A DNA stretch of 64,000 bases, taken from Hyphomicrobiaceae bacterium (lineage in GTDB: Bacteria > Pseudomonadota > Alphaproteobacteria > Rhizobiales > Hyphomicrobiaceae). The stretch covers positions 1,611,514 to 1,675,513 of the forward strand of contig CBDCWA010000004.1 of NCBI GenBank assembly GCA_965223255.1. Reading direction: 5' to 3'. The translations under genes and the position numbers were made by a program. Positions 48,312 through 58,850 of the stretch are shown here, piece after piece (the stretch's first letter is position 1; every line of letters begins with the position of its first letter). Below the pieces are notes generated by a model. The model saw only the letters and a program-made list of their open reading frames with translations. It was not told where the DNA came from and did not search any database.

Positions 48312-49586
48312 TCACCATTTCGCTTGAATTTCAGAGCCGAAGACATCACGCCAATGGGCGTCGCCTTCGACATAATTGTCGTGCGGACGAACATTGCGAT
48401 AGGATTCGGGGTCAAGCCCGCGCGGCTTTTCACCTTTTTCCACACTGGCGACAGCCTCCAGCATCAGGCGACGCATGGCAACGATTGCCTTGTCCGATGT
48501 ACCCAGATTCTCGGTCGAGCGATCGACAATCGGCCCGCCCATATTTTCCTGGAGCGCATAGTCCTGCGTGTTAACGCCTGGAATTCCAGAATAGCTCTTC
48601 GTCTTTTGCTCGTGACGATCGATAAAATAGTCGTTGTCACGGTTACTCTTGAGCTTGTACGTGCCCGGCACGAAGTCGGCCCGGCCGCGTCCCATTAGAG
48701 TTTCCCATTCCTCGACGTATTCGGGATCGAGAGGATGCGCCTCATCATAAGCGCACATCAAATTGAAGACATTCGTCGAGTAGTCATCGATGGGCACCCA
48801 GATATGCCCATCCATTTTTGGCGGCTTGGCACGCTTGCCATCGAAGCCCGTCGTTTGCGCCCGAAATTGCTGGTTGGGCATGAAGTATTGATAAACGCGA
48901 ACATAACGCCGGTTTGGACCGACATGTCGCGTCGACACGTAGTAGTAGCCATAGTCCGTGCGTTCTAGATCAATACTGGGAGTGGTATCGATATTGCGGA
49001 CATCGGTTTTAGAATTGATATCGAAGCGGTGCAGGAATGAGGCATGCACGGTATCCAGTCCACCTTCCAGACCTTGCAGATAATTGCAATCCTCATAGGT
49101 CTTGGACACGAAAAAATGTGTTGCCGGCATCCGCATCCATTCGTAGTCAGGGTAAGGCGGCTGCTCGCCAGGATCACCGAGATAGGCGAACACAATCCCC
49201 GCCTTCTCATAGGTCGGATACGCCTTAAGTTTGATCCGATCCTTCATTGTGCTGTCGGCCGGCTCAGACGGAAGGTCAACACAATTGCCTTCGAGATCGA
49301 ATTTCCAACCATGATAGACGCAACGAATGCCGCACGCCTCATTGCGTCCGAAATAGAGCGGCGCATGTCGATGCGGACAATAGGCATCGACGAGCCCGAC
49401 GCGCCCCTCGCTGTCACGAAAGGCGACCAGATCCTCACCCAACATGCGCACCTTGACGGGCGGCCCGTCAGCCTCCTTGACCTCTTCAGAAAGCAGTGCC
49501 GGCTGCCAATACCTGCGAAACAAAGCGCCGCCCGGCGTTCCAGGCCCAACGCGTGTCAAACGTTCGTTGTCCTCCGCTTTCAGCAT
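48312..49586 (-). CDS. Rieske [2Fe-2S] aromatic ring-hydroxylating oxygenase alpha subunit
   Basis: The Rieske motif is CPHRHAPL...CVYHGWKF. GGGAGGA RBS lies before the ATG at 49586. Confidence 0.8.
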   Translation of the reverse strand: MLKAEDNERLTRVGPGTPGGALFRRYWQPALLSEEVKEADGPPVKVRMLGEDLVAFRDSEGRVGLVDAYCPHRHAPLYFGRNEACGIRCVYHGWKFDLEGNCVDLPSEPADSTMKDRIKLKAYPTYEKAGIVFAYLGDPGEQPPYPDYEWMRMPATHFFVSKTYEDCNYLQGLEGGLDTVHASFLHRFDINSKTDVRNIDTTPSIDLERTDYGYYYVSTRHVGPNRRYVRVYQYFMPNQQFRAQTTGFDGKRAKPPKMDGHIWVPIDDYSTNVFNLMCAYDEAHPLDPEYVEEWETLMGRGRADFVPGTYKLKSNRDNDYFIDRHEQKTKSYSGIPGVNTQDYALQENMGGPIVDRSTENLGTSDKAIVAMRRLMLEAVASVEKGEKPRGLDPESYRNVRPHDNYVEGDAHWRDVFGSEIQAKW

Positions 49587-49791
49587 TGCCTCATCCTCCC
49601 AAGCAAATCTAAGATCCTGTTGCACCGGCTCCGGCGCCGCGCAGCACACCAACAATAGGCAGTTTTGGGGCTTTCGTCACTACCCGCAGAAACCCTATGT
49701 CGCGCTGTTGAAACCACCCCAATTTTTTCAACCCATTGTGGTAACTGCACCGAAACGAACCGATCCACATTACCCCAATGAAGGATATCCA

Positions 49792-50850
49792 ATGTCCCAA
49801 AAAATCGTCCAAGCGCAAACACTCAAGGCGTTCTGCCAACGGGCCTATCAGGCGGTCGGCGTACCCGAACGCGATGCTCTACTGGTCGCCGATAGCCTCG
49901 TTCAAGCCGATCTATGGGGCCATCAATCGCACGGCGTCATGCGCACATTTTGGTACGTCAAGCGGATACAATCTGGCGCAACCAACATTAGCGCACCCCC
50001 TGAATTTGTTATCGACCGTGGCGTCGTACGTGTGCTGGATGGCAATGATGGCCTGGGTCAGGTGGTGACTGAACGAGCGACGCGTGAAGCCATTCAAACT
50101 GCCAAACAACACGGTGCCGCCATCACATCAATTCGCAATTCCGGCCATTTCGGCACTGCCATGTACTATACCCGCATGGCCGCATTGGAAGGCTGCATCG
50201 CATTGTTGTTCACCAATGCGAGCCCCGCCATGGCGCCCTGGGGCGGGCGCCAAAAACTGGTGGGCACAAATCCCTGGTCGCTCGCAGCGCCCGCCGGCGC
50301 GCACCCACCAATGATCATGGATATCGCAACCAGCGCCGTTGCCCGTGGCAAAATTTATCTTGCCCGCCAACGTGGCACATCTATTCCAGAAGGCTGGGCC
50401 ATTGACAGCGATGGCCGCCCGACGATCGACCCGGTCGCCGCCATTGCCGGTAATATTATGCCAATGGCTGGCCACAAAGGGTATGCGATTTCCACCATGT
50501 TGGATGTGCTGTCCGGTGTACTAAGCGCCAGCCACTTTGGCGGCGACGTTGTTGGCCCCTACGTACCGGAAGGCAAGAGTGGTGCTGGCCATCTCCTCAT
50601 CGTGCTCGACATAGAGGCTTTTCGTCCTCTGGCGGACTTCAATAAGGACATGGAAGAATTGATCCGCCGCATCAAAACGGCCCCTAGATCACCGGATACC
50701 GAAGAAATATTTTATCCTGGCGAGATCGAGGCAAATACCGAGAAAAAATTGGCCCCTTCAGGCATCCCGATCCCTGAAGATACGTTTATTGATCTGAACA
50801 AAAACGCTGCGGCTCTATCAATTCCAACATTAGATGAAAAGACAAAATAA
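49792..50850 (+). CDS. Ldh2-family (malate/L-lactate/ureidoglycolate-type) NAD(P)H oxidoreductase
   Basis: SHGVMR, NSGHFG and GHKGYA motifs are present. GAAGGA RBS lies before the ATG at 49792. Confidence 0.75.
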   Translation: MSQKIVQAQTLKAFCQRAYQAVGVPERDALLVADSLVQADLWGHQSHGVMRTFWYVKRIQSGATNISAPPEFVIDRGVVRVLDGNDGLGQVVTERATREAIQTAKQHGAAITSIRNSGHFGTAMYYTRMAALEGCIALLFTNASPAMAPWGGRQKLVGTNPWSLAAPAGAHPPMIMDIATSAVARGKIYLARQRGTSIPEGWAIDSDGRPTIDPVAAIAGNIMPMAGHKGYAISTMLDVLSGVLSASHFGGDVVGPYVPEGKSGAGHLLIVLDIEAFRPLADFNKDMEELIRRIKTAPRSPDTEEIFYPGEIEANTEKKLAPSGIPIPEDTFIDLNKNAAALSIPTLDEKTK

Positions 50851-50897
50851 AAAGCCGGCCGCACTGGGCAGCCGACTTCAAATATCGTGATCAGAAA

Positions 50898-51380
50898 TTA
50901 CTTCGGCAGCAAAACTTTATCAATGACGTGGATCACACCATTATCCGCCATAACATTTGCCGAAACGACATTGGCACCATTTACGGTAACCCCTGCCTTG
51001 GACTTTTTAACGATCAACCGCGACGCAGTATTAAGCGGTTTCACTTTGATTGACTTGTGCGGCAGCATATCAGCTGTCAGCTTCCGCCCAACCACATGAT
51101 AAGTCAGAATACTTGCCAGCTTTTGCTTATTTTCAGGCTTCAGCAGGCTTTCTACAGTGCCAGCCGGCAACGCCTTGAACGCATCATCTGTCGGCGCAAA
51201 AACAGTGATTGGCCCTTTGCCGCTCAACGCACCGACAAGACCTGCCGCTTTTGCCGCGGCAAGAAGCGTGTTGAACTTGCCGGCAGATTTCGCCGTCTCA
51301 ACAACATTTGCTGCTTGCGCCGAAACAACACTTGCGAACAATACGCCCGCTGCAACCAAACCTGCTCTAATGATCTTCAT
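50898..51380 (-). CDS. secreted fasciclin (FAS1) domain protein
   Basis: It has a signal peptide, FTVFAPTDDAF-type motif (ITVFAPTDDAFKALP) and a VIHVIDKVLLP C-terminus. Confidence 0.85.
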   Translation of the reverse strand: MKIIRAGLVAAGVLFASVVSAQAANVVETAKSAGKFNTLLAAAKAAGLVGALSGKGPITVFAPTDDAFKALPAGTVESLLKPENKQKLASILTYHVVGRKLTADMLPHKSIKVKPLNTASRLIVKKSKAGVTVNGANVVSANVMADNGVIHVIDKVLLPK

Positions 51381-51523
51381 TATTCAGCTCCTGATTTTTC
51401 GACAAATTGAAGCTTGGCCAAGCTTGATCATAAAACGATGCCGCTCCAATAACAGATCAACAGGGCAATCAAAATTTTTGAAAAAATTATTTGCTCAAGA
51501 AAATCGTTCTGGTGCTATGCTGG

Positions 51524-52741
51524 TTACACATGACGGAGTTGAAACAAACCGACATCCGTCTGCCGATGTCGGAAACCAACTTCGCAATAGACCAAGTAGT
51601 AGCGCCACATTCTGCGAAACCTTTCATCAAAACCAAGCTCCGCGATCGCTGGCCAGGCGCGTTCGAAACGCATCCGCCATTCAAGCAGCGTCTCTGCGTA
51701 GCTGTCACCGAACCGTTGATGCTGAGTGACTTCGAGTCCGGCCCGCGTCGCCTGTTCATAGATTATCCGTTCAGTAGGCAGCATACCGCCAGGGAAGATA
51801 TATCTTTGTATGAAGTCCGGGCGCCGACGATAACTTTCGAAGATTCGTTCATTGATCGTGATCGCCTGCAAAACGGCAACGCCGCCGGGCTTCAAACAAG
51901 TCTTGAGACGTTCAAAGTATTGAGACCAATAACGTTCACCGACTGCTTCAATCATCTCGATCGACACGATCCTGTCGAACGCCTCGTCGACATCACGATA
52001 ATCGCGAAGTGCAAAGTCCGCTTGTCCGGCAGACTGCAGCTTGGCATGAGCGGTTTTGGCATGCGCCAATTGCTCTTTCGACAACGTTATCCCATAGAGC
52101 GTGCATTCGGTGTCACTGATCAACCGGCGCGCAAAGGCACCCCAACCGCATCCAATCTCTAGTACCTTATGCCCCGGCCTGACATCGAGAAGCGCCTTGA
52201 CGCGATCCAGCTTCTCGACTTGCGACGCCTCCAGCGATCGTACACCGTCACTATAGAGGCCCGAAGAATAGTTCATTTCAGGGTCGAGCCATTGCCCGTA
52301 GAAGGCGTTACCGAGATCGTAGTGCTGCGCAATATTGCGCCGACTGCCGCGGCGCGTATTGGAACGTGAAAAGTGTCCCATGCCGTTCAACGCATGCGCC
52401 AATCGCCAGCCGCTAGTCTCTTTTGTTAGCGCCTGTACATTAGCCAATCCGAAAGACATCACTTGGAATAGATCCGGTGTTGACCAATCGCCGTCGACGT
52501 AGCTTCGCGCAAGGCCATGTTCACCCTCATAAACAAGACGCCACAAGACACGCCAGCGATGAATAACAAGTGTCGCGGTCGGCCCGGGTTGAACACCGAC
52601 ATGTTCGATACTCTGGCCATTTGGCAACTCGATCATTGCGCGCCCGGCGCGAAACGACCGCAAGCGATAGCGGATGAACCAATGCACAAAATTCTGTGCT
52701 GCAAAGGAATTGTCGGCGGTCCTGGAGCGGCTGGGTATCAT
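51524..52741 (-). CDS. cyclopropane-fatty-acyl-phospholipid synthase family SAM methyltransferase
   Basis: It has the VLEIGCGWG SAM motif and a CFA-synthase-like layout. Confidence 0.8.
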   Translation of the reverse strand: MIPSRSRTADNSFAAQNFVHWFIRYRLRSFRAGRAMIELPNGQSIEHVGVQPGPTATLVIHRWRVLWRLVYEGEHGLARSYVDGDWSTPDLFQVMSFGLANVQALTKETSGWRLAHALNGMGHFSRSNTRRGSRRNIAQHYDLGNAFYGQWLDPEMNYSSGLYSDGVRSLEASQVEKLDRVKALLDVRPGHKVLEIGCGWGAFARRLISDTECTLYGITLSKEQLAHAKTAHAKLQSAGQADFALRDYRDVDEAFDRIVSIEMIEAVGERYWSQYFERLKTCLKPGGVAVLQAITINERIFESYRRRPDFIQRYIFPGGMLPTERIIYEQATRAGLEVTQHQRFGDSYAETLLEWRMRFERAWPAIAELGFDERFRRMWRYYLVYCEVGFRHRQTDVGLFQLRHV

Positions 52742-52753
52742 AGGTAGGTCTTT

Positions 52754-53530
52754 TTATTTGCTTTTTTCTATAATTGTAATGTCGTTTTCGGGCGGCGCGG
52801 GCTTTGCCATGATTTCAAAACCCTGCCACCACATGACCAATGCATGCCAATAGATTGAGGCCACCACTTTCAGCGTCAGCAGCGGATACGTCAGCAACAG
52901 GCGTGCAAGCCCGAGATCGGTGAGCGCCCGCCGTCTTCCACTGAGCCCTGTATTGATAATCAGCCCGGCATCATCATACCCGCCGACACCCAGCGCAATA
53001 TGGCCTCCAGGCTTCTTGGCACGAAAGCGATAAGACATCTTCATGCCGAGGAACGGTGAAACGTAAAAGCCTTTCTCGCAGCGTTGGCGCACGTCCCCAT
53101 CACCGTTTCCGGCCGGCACAACATAACTATGACGCTCACCATAGGTATTGTTGACCTCGTAGATCATGGCCACCAATTCGCCGTCACCGTGCGTGCAATA
53201 ATAAACGGTCAAAGGATTGAAATCGTAGCCCATCACGCGTGGCATGCATAAAACCTGCACTTTAATGCCATCGCCAGAAATACCCGCCGCCTCAAGGTGT
53301 CTGATAATCTGTAATTTTATCGATGTCTTCGAACCATCACCATGATCGCGATCAAAAAAACTCAATATGTTTGGCTTGTTATACGAGAACAACCAGAGCC
53401 TTCGGCTGAGAGCCTCAATCTCATCGAGATCCAAGAACAACCAGTAGACCCGATAGCGCAAACGATGTGCACGCGGCCTTAATCTATGATGCATCACATG
53501 GCCATAATAGAGGCAGGATCGATCGTTCAT
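52754..53530 (-). CDS. DUF1365-family protein
   Basis: The N-terminus YYGHVMHHRLRP...YRVYWLFLDLDE is typical of this family. It commonly sits between an amine-oxidase-like gene and a CFA-synthase gene. Confidence 0.7.
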   Translation of the reverse strand: MNDRSCLYYGHVMHHRLRPRAHRLRYRVYWLFLDLDEIEALSRRLWLFSYNKPNILSFFDRDHGDGSKTSIKLQIIRHLEAAGISGDGIKVQVLCMPRVMGYDFNPLTVYYCTHGDGELVAMIYEVNNTYGERHSYVVPAGNGDGDVRQRCEKGFYVSPFLGMKMSYRFRAKKPGGHIALGVGGYDDAGLIINTGLSGRRRALTDLGLARLLLTYPLLTLKVVASIYWHALVMWWQGFEIMAKPAPPENDITIIEKSK

Positions 53531-54885
53531 GCACCCGCCCCTAATTGCACCAGCGGTATTCGCGCCGGCTCAAGTGAAATACGACCAGATTCGTTTGCAA
53601 CTCGCCACGGACGCCGCACACCACCAAGCGCCTCCGCAACGGCCAACCCGGCCTGTAGTCCGTCCTCATGAAACCCGGCACCGAAATAAGCACCACAGAA
53701 CCACGTTCGCCGCCGCCCCTGCAGCGACCACAACTCGCGTTGCGCCGAAATCGCAGCTTCATCCATGACCGGATGGGTGAATGTTTCGCAATGAATTGTT
53801 TTATCAGGGTGGGGCGCGTGCTCCGGATTGAGTGTCACGAATAAGGGCGTGCTGTCTGGAATGTGCTGCAGCAAATTCATCCAGTACGTGACGGTCAACG
53901 CTTCACCCTGTGCCCGATCGCGACGCCCGATATAATTCCAGCTCGACCACACCTTGCGCCGCTTCGGCATCAACTGCACATCGCTATGGAGATAGGCAAG
54001 GTTTGTGTTGTAGCGGAAGGCACCAAGCAACCGGCGTTCATCATGATCGGCATCCGCAATCAAGCCCAATGCTTGATTGGCATGCGCCGCAATCACAACC
54101 TCATCGAACGTTTCCGTGCTCCCAGATGCATCCACCACTTCCACGCGATCCGGGAAACGGCGCACCGCACGCACCGCGCATCCGAGCTTGATGCGTTCTC
54201 GGAAGCTATGCGTTAGCTTTTCGACATAGGCGCGGCTACCGCCGGCGACCGTCCGCCAAAGCGGCCGATTAAACACCTTGAGCAGACCATGGTTCTCGTT
54301 GAATCTCAAAAACGCACGCGCTGGATAGTTCAGAATTTCGGCCCGTGGCACCGACCAGATTGCAGCCGCCATAGCCAATAGATGATCATTGATGAAGGCC
54401 TCGCCATATCGATGGCGCACGAGATATTCGCCAAGCGAAAGCCCTTGGCACTCCGGCTTCGAAATATCGCGCGGCGCATTGCGGTAGAAGCGAAGCACAT
54501 CGCGCACCATACCGAGGAACCGCTTCGAAACGATATTCTTGCGCTGCGCAAAAAGATGGTCAAGCGAGGTACCGGCATATTCTAACGCACCATCGTCGAG
54601 CGAGATGGCCAGCGACATGTTGGTCTCGCGCGATTGCACGCCCAGGTGATCAAAAAGCTGAACCAAATTGGGGTAAGCGTCAGGATTATAGACGATGAAG
54701 CCAATATCGACCGGCTGATTGCCTTCCGCACCCGGCGCATCAAAAGTGTAGGAATGACCGCCGATCCGCGGTGCCTGCTCAAAGACTGTGATAGACTGCG
54801 TCTTATCGAGCAACCAGGCAGCGCTGAGCCCGGCAATACCTGTACCGACCACGGCCACCCTTTTGCCGATAAACTGCCCATCCAT
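53527..54885 (-). CDS. FAD-dependent (amine oxidase-like) oxidoreductase
   Basis: VAVVGTGIAGLSAAW is a dinucleotide-binding fold. GGAGAA RBS lies before the ATG at 54885. Confidence 0.75.
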   Translation of the reverse strand: MDGQFIGKRVAVVGTGIAGLSAAWLLDKTQSITVFEQAPRIGGHSYTFDAPGAEGNQPVDIGFIVYNPDAYPNLVQLFDHLGVQSRETNMSLAISLDDGALEYAGTSLDHLFAQRKNIVSKRFLGMVRDVLRFYRNAPRDISKPECQGLSLGEYLVRHRYGEAFINDHLLAMAAAIWSVPRAEILNYPARAFLRFNENHGLLKVFNRPLWRTVAGGSRAYVEKLTHSFRERIKLGCAVRAVRRFPDRVEVVDASGSTETFDEVVIAAHANQALGLIADADHDERRLLGAFRYNTNLAYLHSDVQLMPKRRKVWSSWNYIGRRDRAQGEALTVTYWMNLLQHIPDSTPLFVTLNPEHAPHPDKTIHCETFTHPVMDEAAISAQRELWSLQGRRRTWFCGAYFGAGFHEDGLQAGLAVAEALGGVRRPWRVANESGRISLEPARIPLVQLGAGA

Positions 54886-54941
54886 TGCGTTTCTCCAAGA
54901 GGTAGAAGGGCCCGGTTGAGGCACCCGCCGAATTACGCAAT

Positions 54942-54970
54942 ACTTACGAACCGGTATCACTGACGGATCA
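54942..54970 (-). promoter_or_regulatory. candidate ECF (RpoE/ChrR-type) promoter TGATCC-N17-GTAAGT
   Basis: Read on the minus strand, 57 nt upstream of the FAD-oxidoreductase start. Confidence 0.55.
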
Positions 54971-54993
54971 CCGTCAATTAATGCTACCTGCAA

Positions 54994-55022
54994 TGATCCA
55001 TTGCACCCCTCTGGCCGTATTT
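54994..55022 (+). promoter_or_regulatory. candidate ECF (RpoE/ChrR-type) promoter TGATCC-N17-GTATTT
   Basis: Read on the plus strand, ~110 nt upstream of the rpoE-like start. Its architecture mirrors the divergent promoter. Confidence 0.55.
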
Positions 55023-55132
55023 GGTCCATGCAGGTAGAAATTATGATAGAACAGACAGGTTTTTCGGCGCCTCGGCCCGTTAGGTCGGATCGCGTGGTCT
55101 GGCGGCAAACACGTCTTCCCAGTGGAACATCA

Positions 55133-55708
55133 ATGCATGATCAACCCCAAATATCTCCGGCCGCCGCCGACAATCCATCAACGCTGATCAAATTGATCGC
55201 AAAGGAGCAAAACAAAGAGGCTTTCAAGCAATTGTTTGATCTTTATGCGCCACGTCTGAAGAATTTTCTGATGCGCCAAGGCACGACGCCCGAAGCGGCA
55301 GAGGATCTTGCTCAGGAAGCCATGCTGATGGTTTGGCGTAAGGCCCACTATTTCGCCGACAGCAAGGGCAGCGCCTCAACTTGGATCTTTACCATCGCGC
55401 GCAATCTGCGCATCGACGAGGCCCGTCGGGCGCAACGCGCGCAGCATTATGCCATGGTCGAAGACTTCGATGATGAGGAGCCCGAACGCCCGGATGACAT
55501 TGTGACCAACGCGCAATATGCCAGTCATGTGCATGCCGCCATGCAGGAGCTGCCGCCCGAACAGCTTGAAGTCATCAAATTATCATTCATGGAGGGGGCA
55601 GCGCACGGCGAAATTGCCGAGCGCCTCAACCTTCCGCTTGGAACAGTAAAATCACGCCTCCGGCTAGCAATCCGTCGTTTGAGGAATTCTCTTGAGGACC
55701 TTTCATGA
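55133..55708 (+). CDS. rpoE: ECF sigma factor (RpoE-like)
   Basis: It has region 2 (DLAQEAMLMVWRKA) and region 4 (GEIAERLNLPLGTVKSRL). It is translationally coupled to the ChrR-like gene. Confidence 0.8.
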   Translation: MHDQPQISPAAADNPSTLIKLIAKEQNKEAFKQLFDLYAPRLKNFLMRQGTTPEAAEDLAQEAMLMVWRKAHYFADSKGSASTWIFTIARNLRIDEARRAQRAQHYAMVEDFDDEEPERPDDIVTNAQYASHVHAAMQELPPEQLEVIKLSFMEGAAHGEIAERLNLPLGTVKSRLRLAIRRLRNSLEDLS

Positions 55709-56367
55709 CCATCTCCCATCACCCAACTGACGAAACTCTGGCAGAATTTGCTGCTGGAACCTTGGACGAAGGCAAATCATTAGTTGTCTCGGTCCATCTT
55801 ACTCACTGCCAGGCCTGCCGGCAGGCTGTAAAGCAGTTCAATTTGATTGCTGGTGCTATGCTTGAGACCCAGTCAGTGTTGGCTGGGGCAACAAGTGCTG
55901 ACCACAAGGTTCGAATGCCGAACCTTGACACCTTGCCACCGATGGATGCCGCACCAGACCGGTCTCACCACCTCGCAGAACGCCGATTCAAGGACGACGG
56001 TAAGACCTCGCCGTTGGATCTTTATAGCGCCTGCGAATGGCGTCGGATCGGTCTTGGAGTTCAGTTCAAGTCCGTTGATGTACCGTCAAATGATGGCACG
56101 CGCGTCTTTCTTTTGAAGGCAGCTCCTGGAACCCGCCTTCCTGACCATCGCCATAGCGGTTTGGAATGGACATGCGTCCTCAAGGGCGCGTTCAGCCATG
56201 ACTTTGGGCGCTTTGGCCCTGGCGATTTCGACGAAGCCGATCATACTGTCGAACATCGTCCGTTTGTCGAGCGCGAGGGCGATTGCATTTGCCTTGTTGC
56301 GCTAAATGGGCAGATTGAGCTGCGCAGTTGGGTCGGTCGGCTGATACAGCCGCTCGTAAAACTTTAA
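55705..56367 (+). CDS. chrR: ChrR-family zinc anti-sigma factor with C-terminal cupin domain
   Basis: The ZAS motif is H-x3-C-x2-C (HLTHCQAC). The C-terminal cupin carries LPDHRHSG. Confidence 0.8.
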   Translation: MTISHHPTDETLAEFAAGTLDEGKSLVVSVHLTHCQACRQAVKQFNLIAGAMLETQSVLAGATSADHKVRMPNLDTLPPMDAAPDRSHHLAERRFKDDGKTSPLDLYSACEWRRIGLGVQFKSVDVPSNDGTRVFLLKAAPGTRLPDHRHSGLEWTCVLKGAFSHDFGRFGPGDFDEADHTVEHRPFVEREGDCICLVALNGQIELRSWVGRLIQPLVKL

Positions 56368-56422
56368 ACTGGCGAAACGGCACAATTTGCATTGTATCGG
56401 CGACCAATTTTCCACACCCGAT

Positions 56423-56451
56423 AGAACCAAGCTGATCCACGAAGCGTAAGC
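56423..56451 (+). promoter_or_regulatory. tentative degenerate ECF-type promoter AGAACC-N17-GTAAGC
   Basis: It lies 41 nt upstream of the DUF1295 gene. The -35 element is a poor match. Confidence 0.3.
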
Positions 56452-56491
56452 AATTAAACGCTGAAGAGACCGTCATCACCCGGGGCTCACC

Positions 56492-57319
56492 ATGTCTTGG
56501 CTCTCGCTGCTACACCTCTCGTTCTTGATCTGGCTCGCACTCACAGCCGTGATGGCGTTTGCCTGGCTCGTCCAGCAGCGGTCCGGCAACAGCGGCTGGG
56601 TCGATGTGTTTTGGACCTTCGGTGTGGCACTCGTAGCCATCGCCACGGCAATAGTCTGGCAAGTCGCAGAAACCAACGGCGTACGGTTCATATTGGTGAT
56701 TTCAATGACCACCCTTTGGGCTTTGCGCCTTGGTGGCTACATCGTGATGCGTACCAAGGACATTGCCGACGACCCGAGATATGCCAAACTCAGCGCCGAT
56801 TGGGGCGCGCGGGCTCCGTTCAATATGTTCTGGCTATTACAATTCCAGGCGTTAGCATCCGTACCATTGTGCCTCGCCATAGTGCTGGCCGCCCTCAATC
56901 CGGCACCAACATTTGCCATTTTGGATGTGTTTGGCGTGTTGCTTTTTGTCGCCGGCATCTCCGGATCCGCCATCGCCGATCAACAGTTACGCCACTTCAA
57001 AGGGCGGCCAGACGCCAGCGGGCAAATCTGCGATGTCGGTCTTTGGTCGCTCTCGCGTCATCCAAATTACTTCTTCGAATGGTTGGTGTGGTGCGCTTAT
57101 CCGCTATTGGCAGTTTCGTTTGCCGGCGGCTGGCCCTGGGGGTGGCTGGCGTTCGCCGCACCGATCTTGATGTACGTCTTGCTCAATAACGTATCAGGAA
57201 TTCCGCCGCTTGAGGCGCATATGACCGCGAAATACGGCGAAAAGTATCTCAGCTATCAACGCCGCACCAGCGCGTTTTTTCCGATCCCGACCTCCGATTT
57301 TGAAGAAGGACAAGCCTAA
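56492..57319 (+). CDS. DUF1295 / steroid 5-alpha-reductase-like membrane protein
   Basis: It is a multi-pass membrane protein with a SRHPNYFFEWLVW motif. Confidence 0.7.
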   Translation: MSWLSLLHLSFLIWLALTAVMAFAWLVQQRSGNSGWVDVFWTFGVALVAIATAIVWQVAETNGVRFILVISMTTLWALRLGGYIVMRTKDIADDPRYAKLSADWGARAPFNMFWLLQFQALASVPLCLAIVLAALNPAPTFAILDVFGVLLFVAGISGSAIADQQLRHFKGRPDASGQICDVGLWSLSRHPNYFFEWLVWCAYPLLAVSFAGGWPWGWLAFAAPILMYVLLNNVSGIPPLEAHMTAKYGEKYLSYQRRTSAFFPIPTSDFEEGQA

Positions 57320-58347
57320 TGACCATCGTTGAAAACATTCTTTCGTTTACCGAGCGCACCAATCTGCCGGATCCGGTGACACAAGCAGGGATTACGTTTT
57401 TGGTAAGCCGGTCCAAACGGGATCGCGCCCGCCAGCCCGAAACCTTGACGGCCGAATTTGCGAGAAATATGAGCGCCTACCCTATCGCCCTGAACACCGA
57501 CGCAGCAAACCGTCAACACTATGAAGTCCCGGCGGCCTTCTTTGCCAAGTCTCTCGGCGCGCGGCGCAAGTACTCCTGCTGCTATTATGAATCGGATGAC
57601 ACGCCCCTCGATGTTGCCGAGGAAAAGGCGCTCACAATGACGTGCGGTTATGCCGACCTCCAAGACGGCCAATCGATTTTGGAATTGGGCTGCGGCTGGG
57701 GCTCACTAACGCTATGGATGGCTGAAAAATATCCCGGTTCCCACATTACAGCAGTGTCAAATTCGCAATCTCAACGCGACTATATTTTGTCTCGCGCCAA
57801 GGCCGCAGATCTGACCAACGTCGACGTCATCACCGCCGACATGAATATATTCGAAACCAACCAACGCTTCGATCGCATCGTCTCAATCGAAATGTTTGAG
57901 CATATGGCCAACTGGCGTCCCCTTTTCGAAAAGGCCCTCAAATGGCTGCAACCAGATGGCCGAATGTATATTCATATTTTTAGTCATCGAACCGCCCCTT
58001 ATCGCTTCGACATCGGCGACAAATCCGATTGGATCGCCCAACACTTTTTCACCGGCGGCATCATGCCGAGTCATTATTTGATGTTTGAATTCTCTGACCT
58101 TTTTGAGGTCGAACGCGATTGGCGCTGGAGCGGTATCCACTACGCCCGCACCGCCCGTGACTGGCTCAACAACTACGATAACAATAGCGCCGAAATCGAT
58201 CCGATTCTGCAAACCGTCTATGGACCGGAGGCTCAGATCTGGAAACGTCGCTGGCGTCTCTTTTATCTGGCAACAAGGGGTTTGTTTGGGCACAGTGACG
58301 GCCAGGAATGGGGCATCAGTCATTATCGCTTGAAGCCCCGCTCCTAA
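57319..58347 (+). CDS. CFA-synthase-like SAM-dependent methyltransferase
   Basis: It has the ILELGCGWG SAM motif. Its start abuts the previous stop. Confidence 0.8.
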   Translation: MTIVENILSFTERTNLPDPVTQAGITFLVSRSKRDRARQPETLTAEFARNMSAYPIALNTDAANRQHYEVPAAFFAKSLGARRKYSCCYYESDDTPLDVAEEKALTMTCGYADLQDGQSILELGCGWGSLTLWMAEKYPGSHITAVSNSQSQRDYILSRAKAADLTNVDVITADMNIFETNQRFDRIVSIEMFEHMANWRPLFEKALKWLQPDGRMYIHIFSHRTAPYRFDIGDKSDWIAQHFFTGGIMPSHYLMFEFSDLFEVERDWRWSGIHYARTARDWLNNYDNNSAEIDPILQTVYGPEAQIWKRRWRLFYLATRGLFGHSDGQEWGISHYRLKPRS

Positions 58348-58418
58348 AACACTTCCAGTTGCGGCTGCAAATAGAAGGGGCCAGCCGCAGAGACCGGCGC
58401 TTCTTTGCTTCAGACCAA

Positions 58419-58817
58419 TCAATAAATTGCGCGCACGGCATAAAACGCCGCTAGCGCACAAAATGCAGCCGTCAGCGCACCATAGGTAATATCGATCAAT
58501 GTCAGTTGCAGCGTCCAAGCCTTGAGCGTGGCATAATTGGTTAGATCATAAGTGGCATACGCAAGTGCCCCGTAGAGCATTGCCAGCGCCACTGCCAGGA
58601 TAGCCGAGTTCTCACGCAATGCCGGCATCACTGCGAACACCACGATCCCGACCGGATAAAACAAATAAAACACCACCGCCGGCAGTATACGGATCTGATC
58701 GAGCAGCATCGGGCCTAAAATCGGACGGTAAAGTTTGTCGGCCATGGACATCAACCATATCGCATCGATGATCCCGAAAACGATAAGGATCGTCACATAG
58801 GCCACGAGATAAGACAT
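58419..58817 (-). CDS. DUF2177-like small membrane protein
   Basis: 132 aa with four hydrophobic helices. Confidence 0.55.
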   Translation of the reverse strand: MSYLVAYVTILIVFGIIDAIWLMSMADKLYRPILGPMLLDQIRILPAVVFYLFYPVGIVVFAVMPALRENSAILAVALAMLYGALAYATYDLTNYATLKAWTLQLTLIDITYGALTAAFCALAAFYAVRAIY

Positions 58818-58850
58818 TTAAGACCTCCGTTCCGCATAGGTGAATGCACC

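Noticed and set aside
48146-49658. Plus-strand ORFs (48146..48574, 48324..48698, 49044..49658) opposite the Rieske oxygenase gene.
   Set aside because: They are antisense shadows of a strongly supported gene that carries an intact Rieske motif.
50849-50873. Possible terminator hairpin between the Ldh2-family and fasciclin genes.
   Set aside because: The stem is only 5-6 bp and includes a wobble pair. That is too weak to call.
56433-56450. An exact TGATCC hexamer followed by GTAAG upstream of the DUF1295 gene, read as a canonical ECF promoter.
   Set aside because: The spacer between these two elements is 7 nt, not 17. The alternative pairing (AGAACC-N17-GTAAGC) is reported only as tentative.
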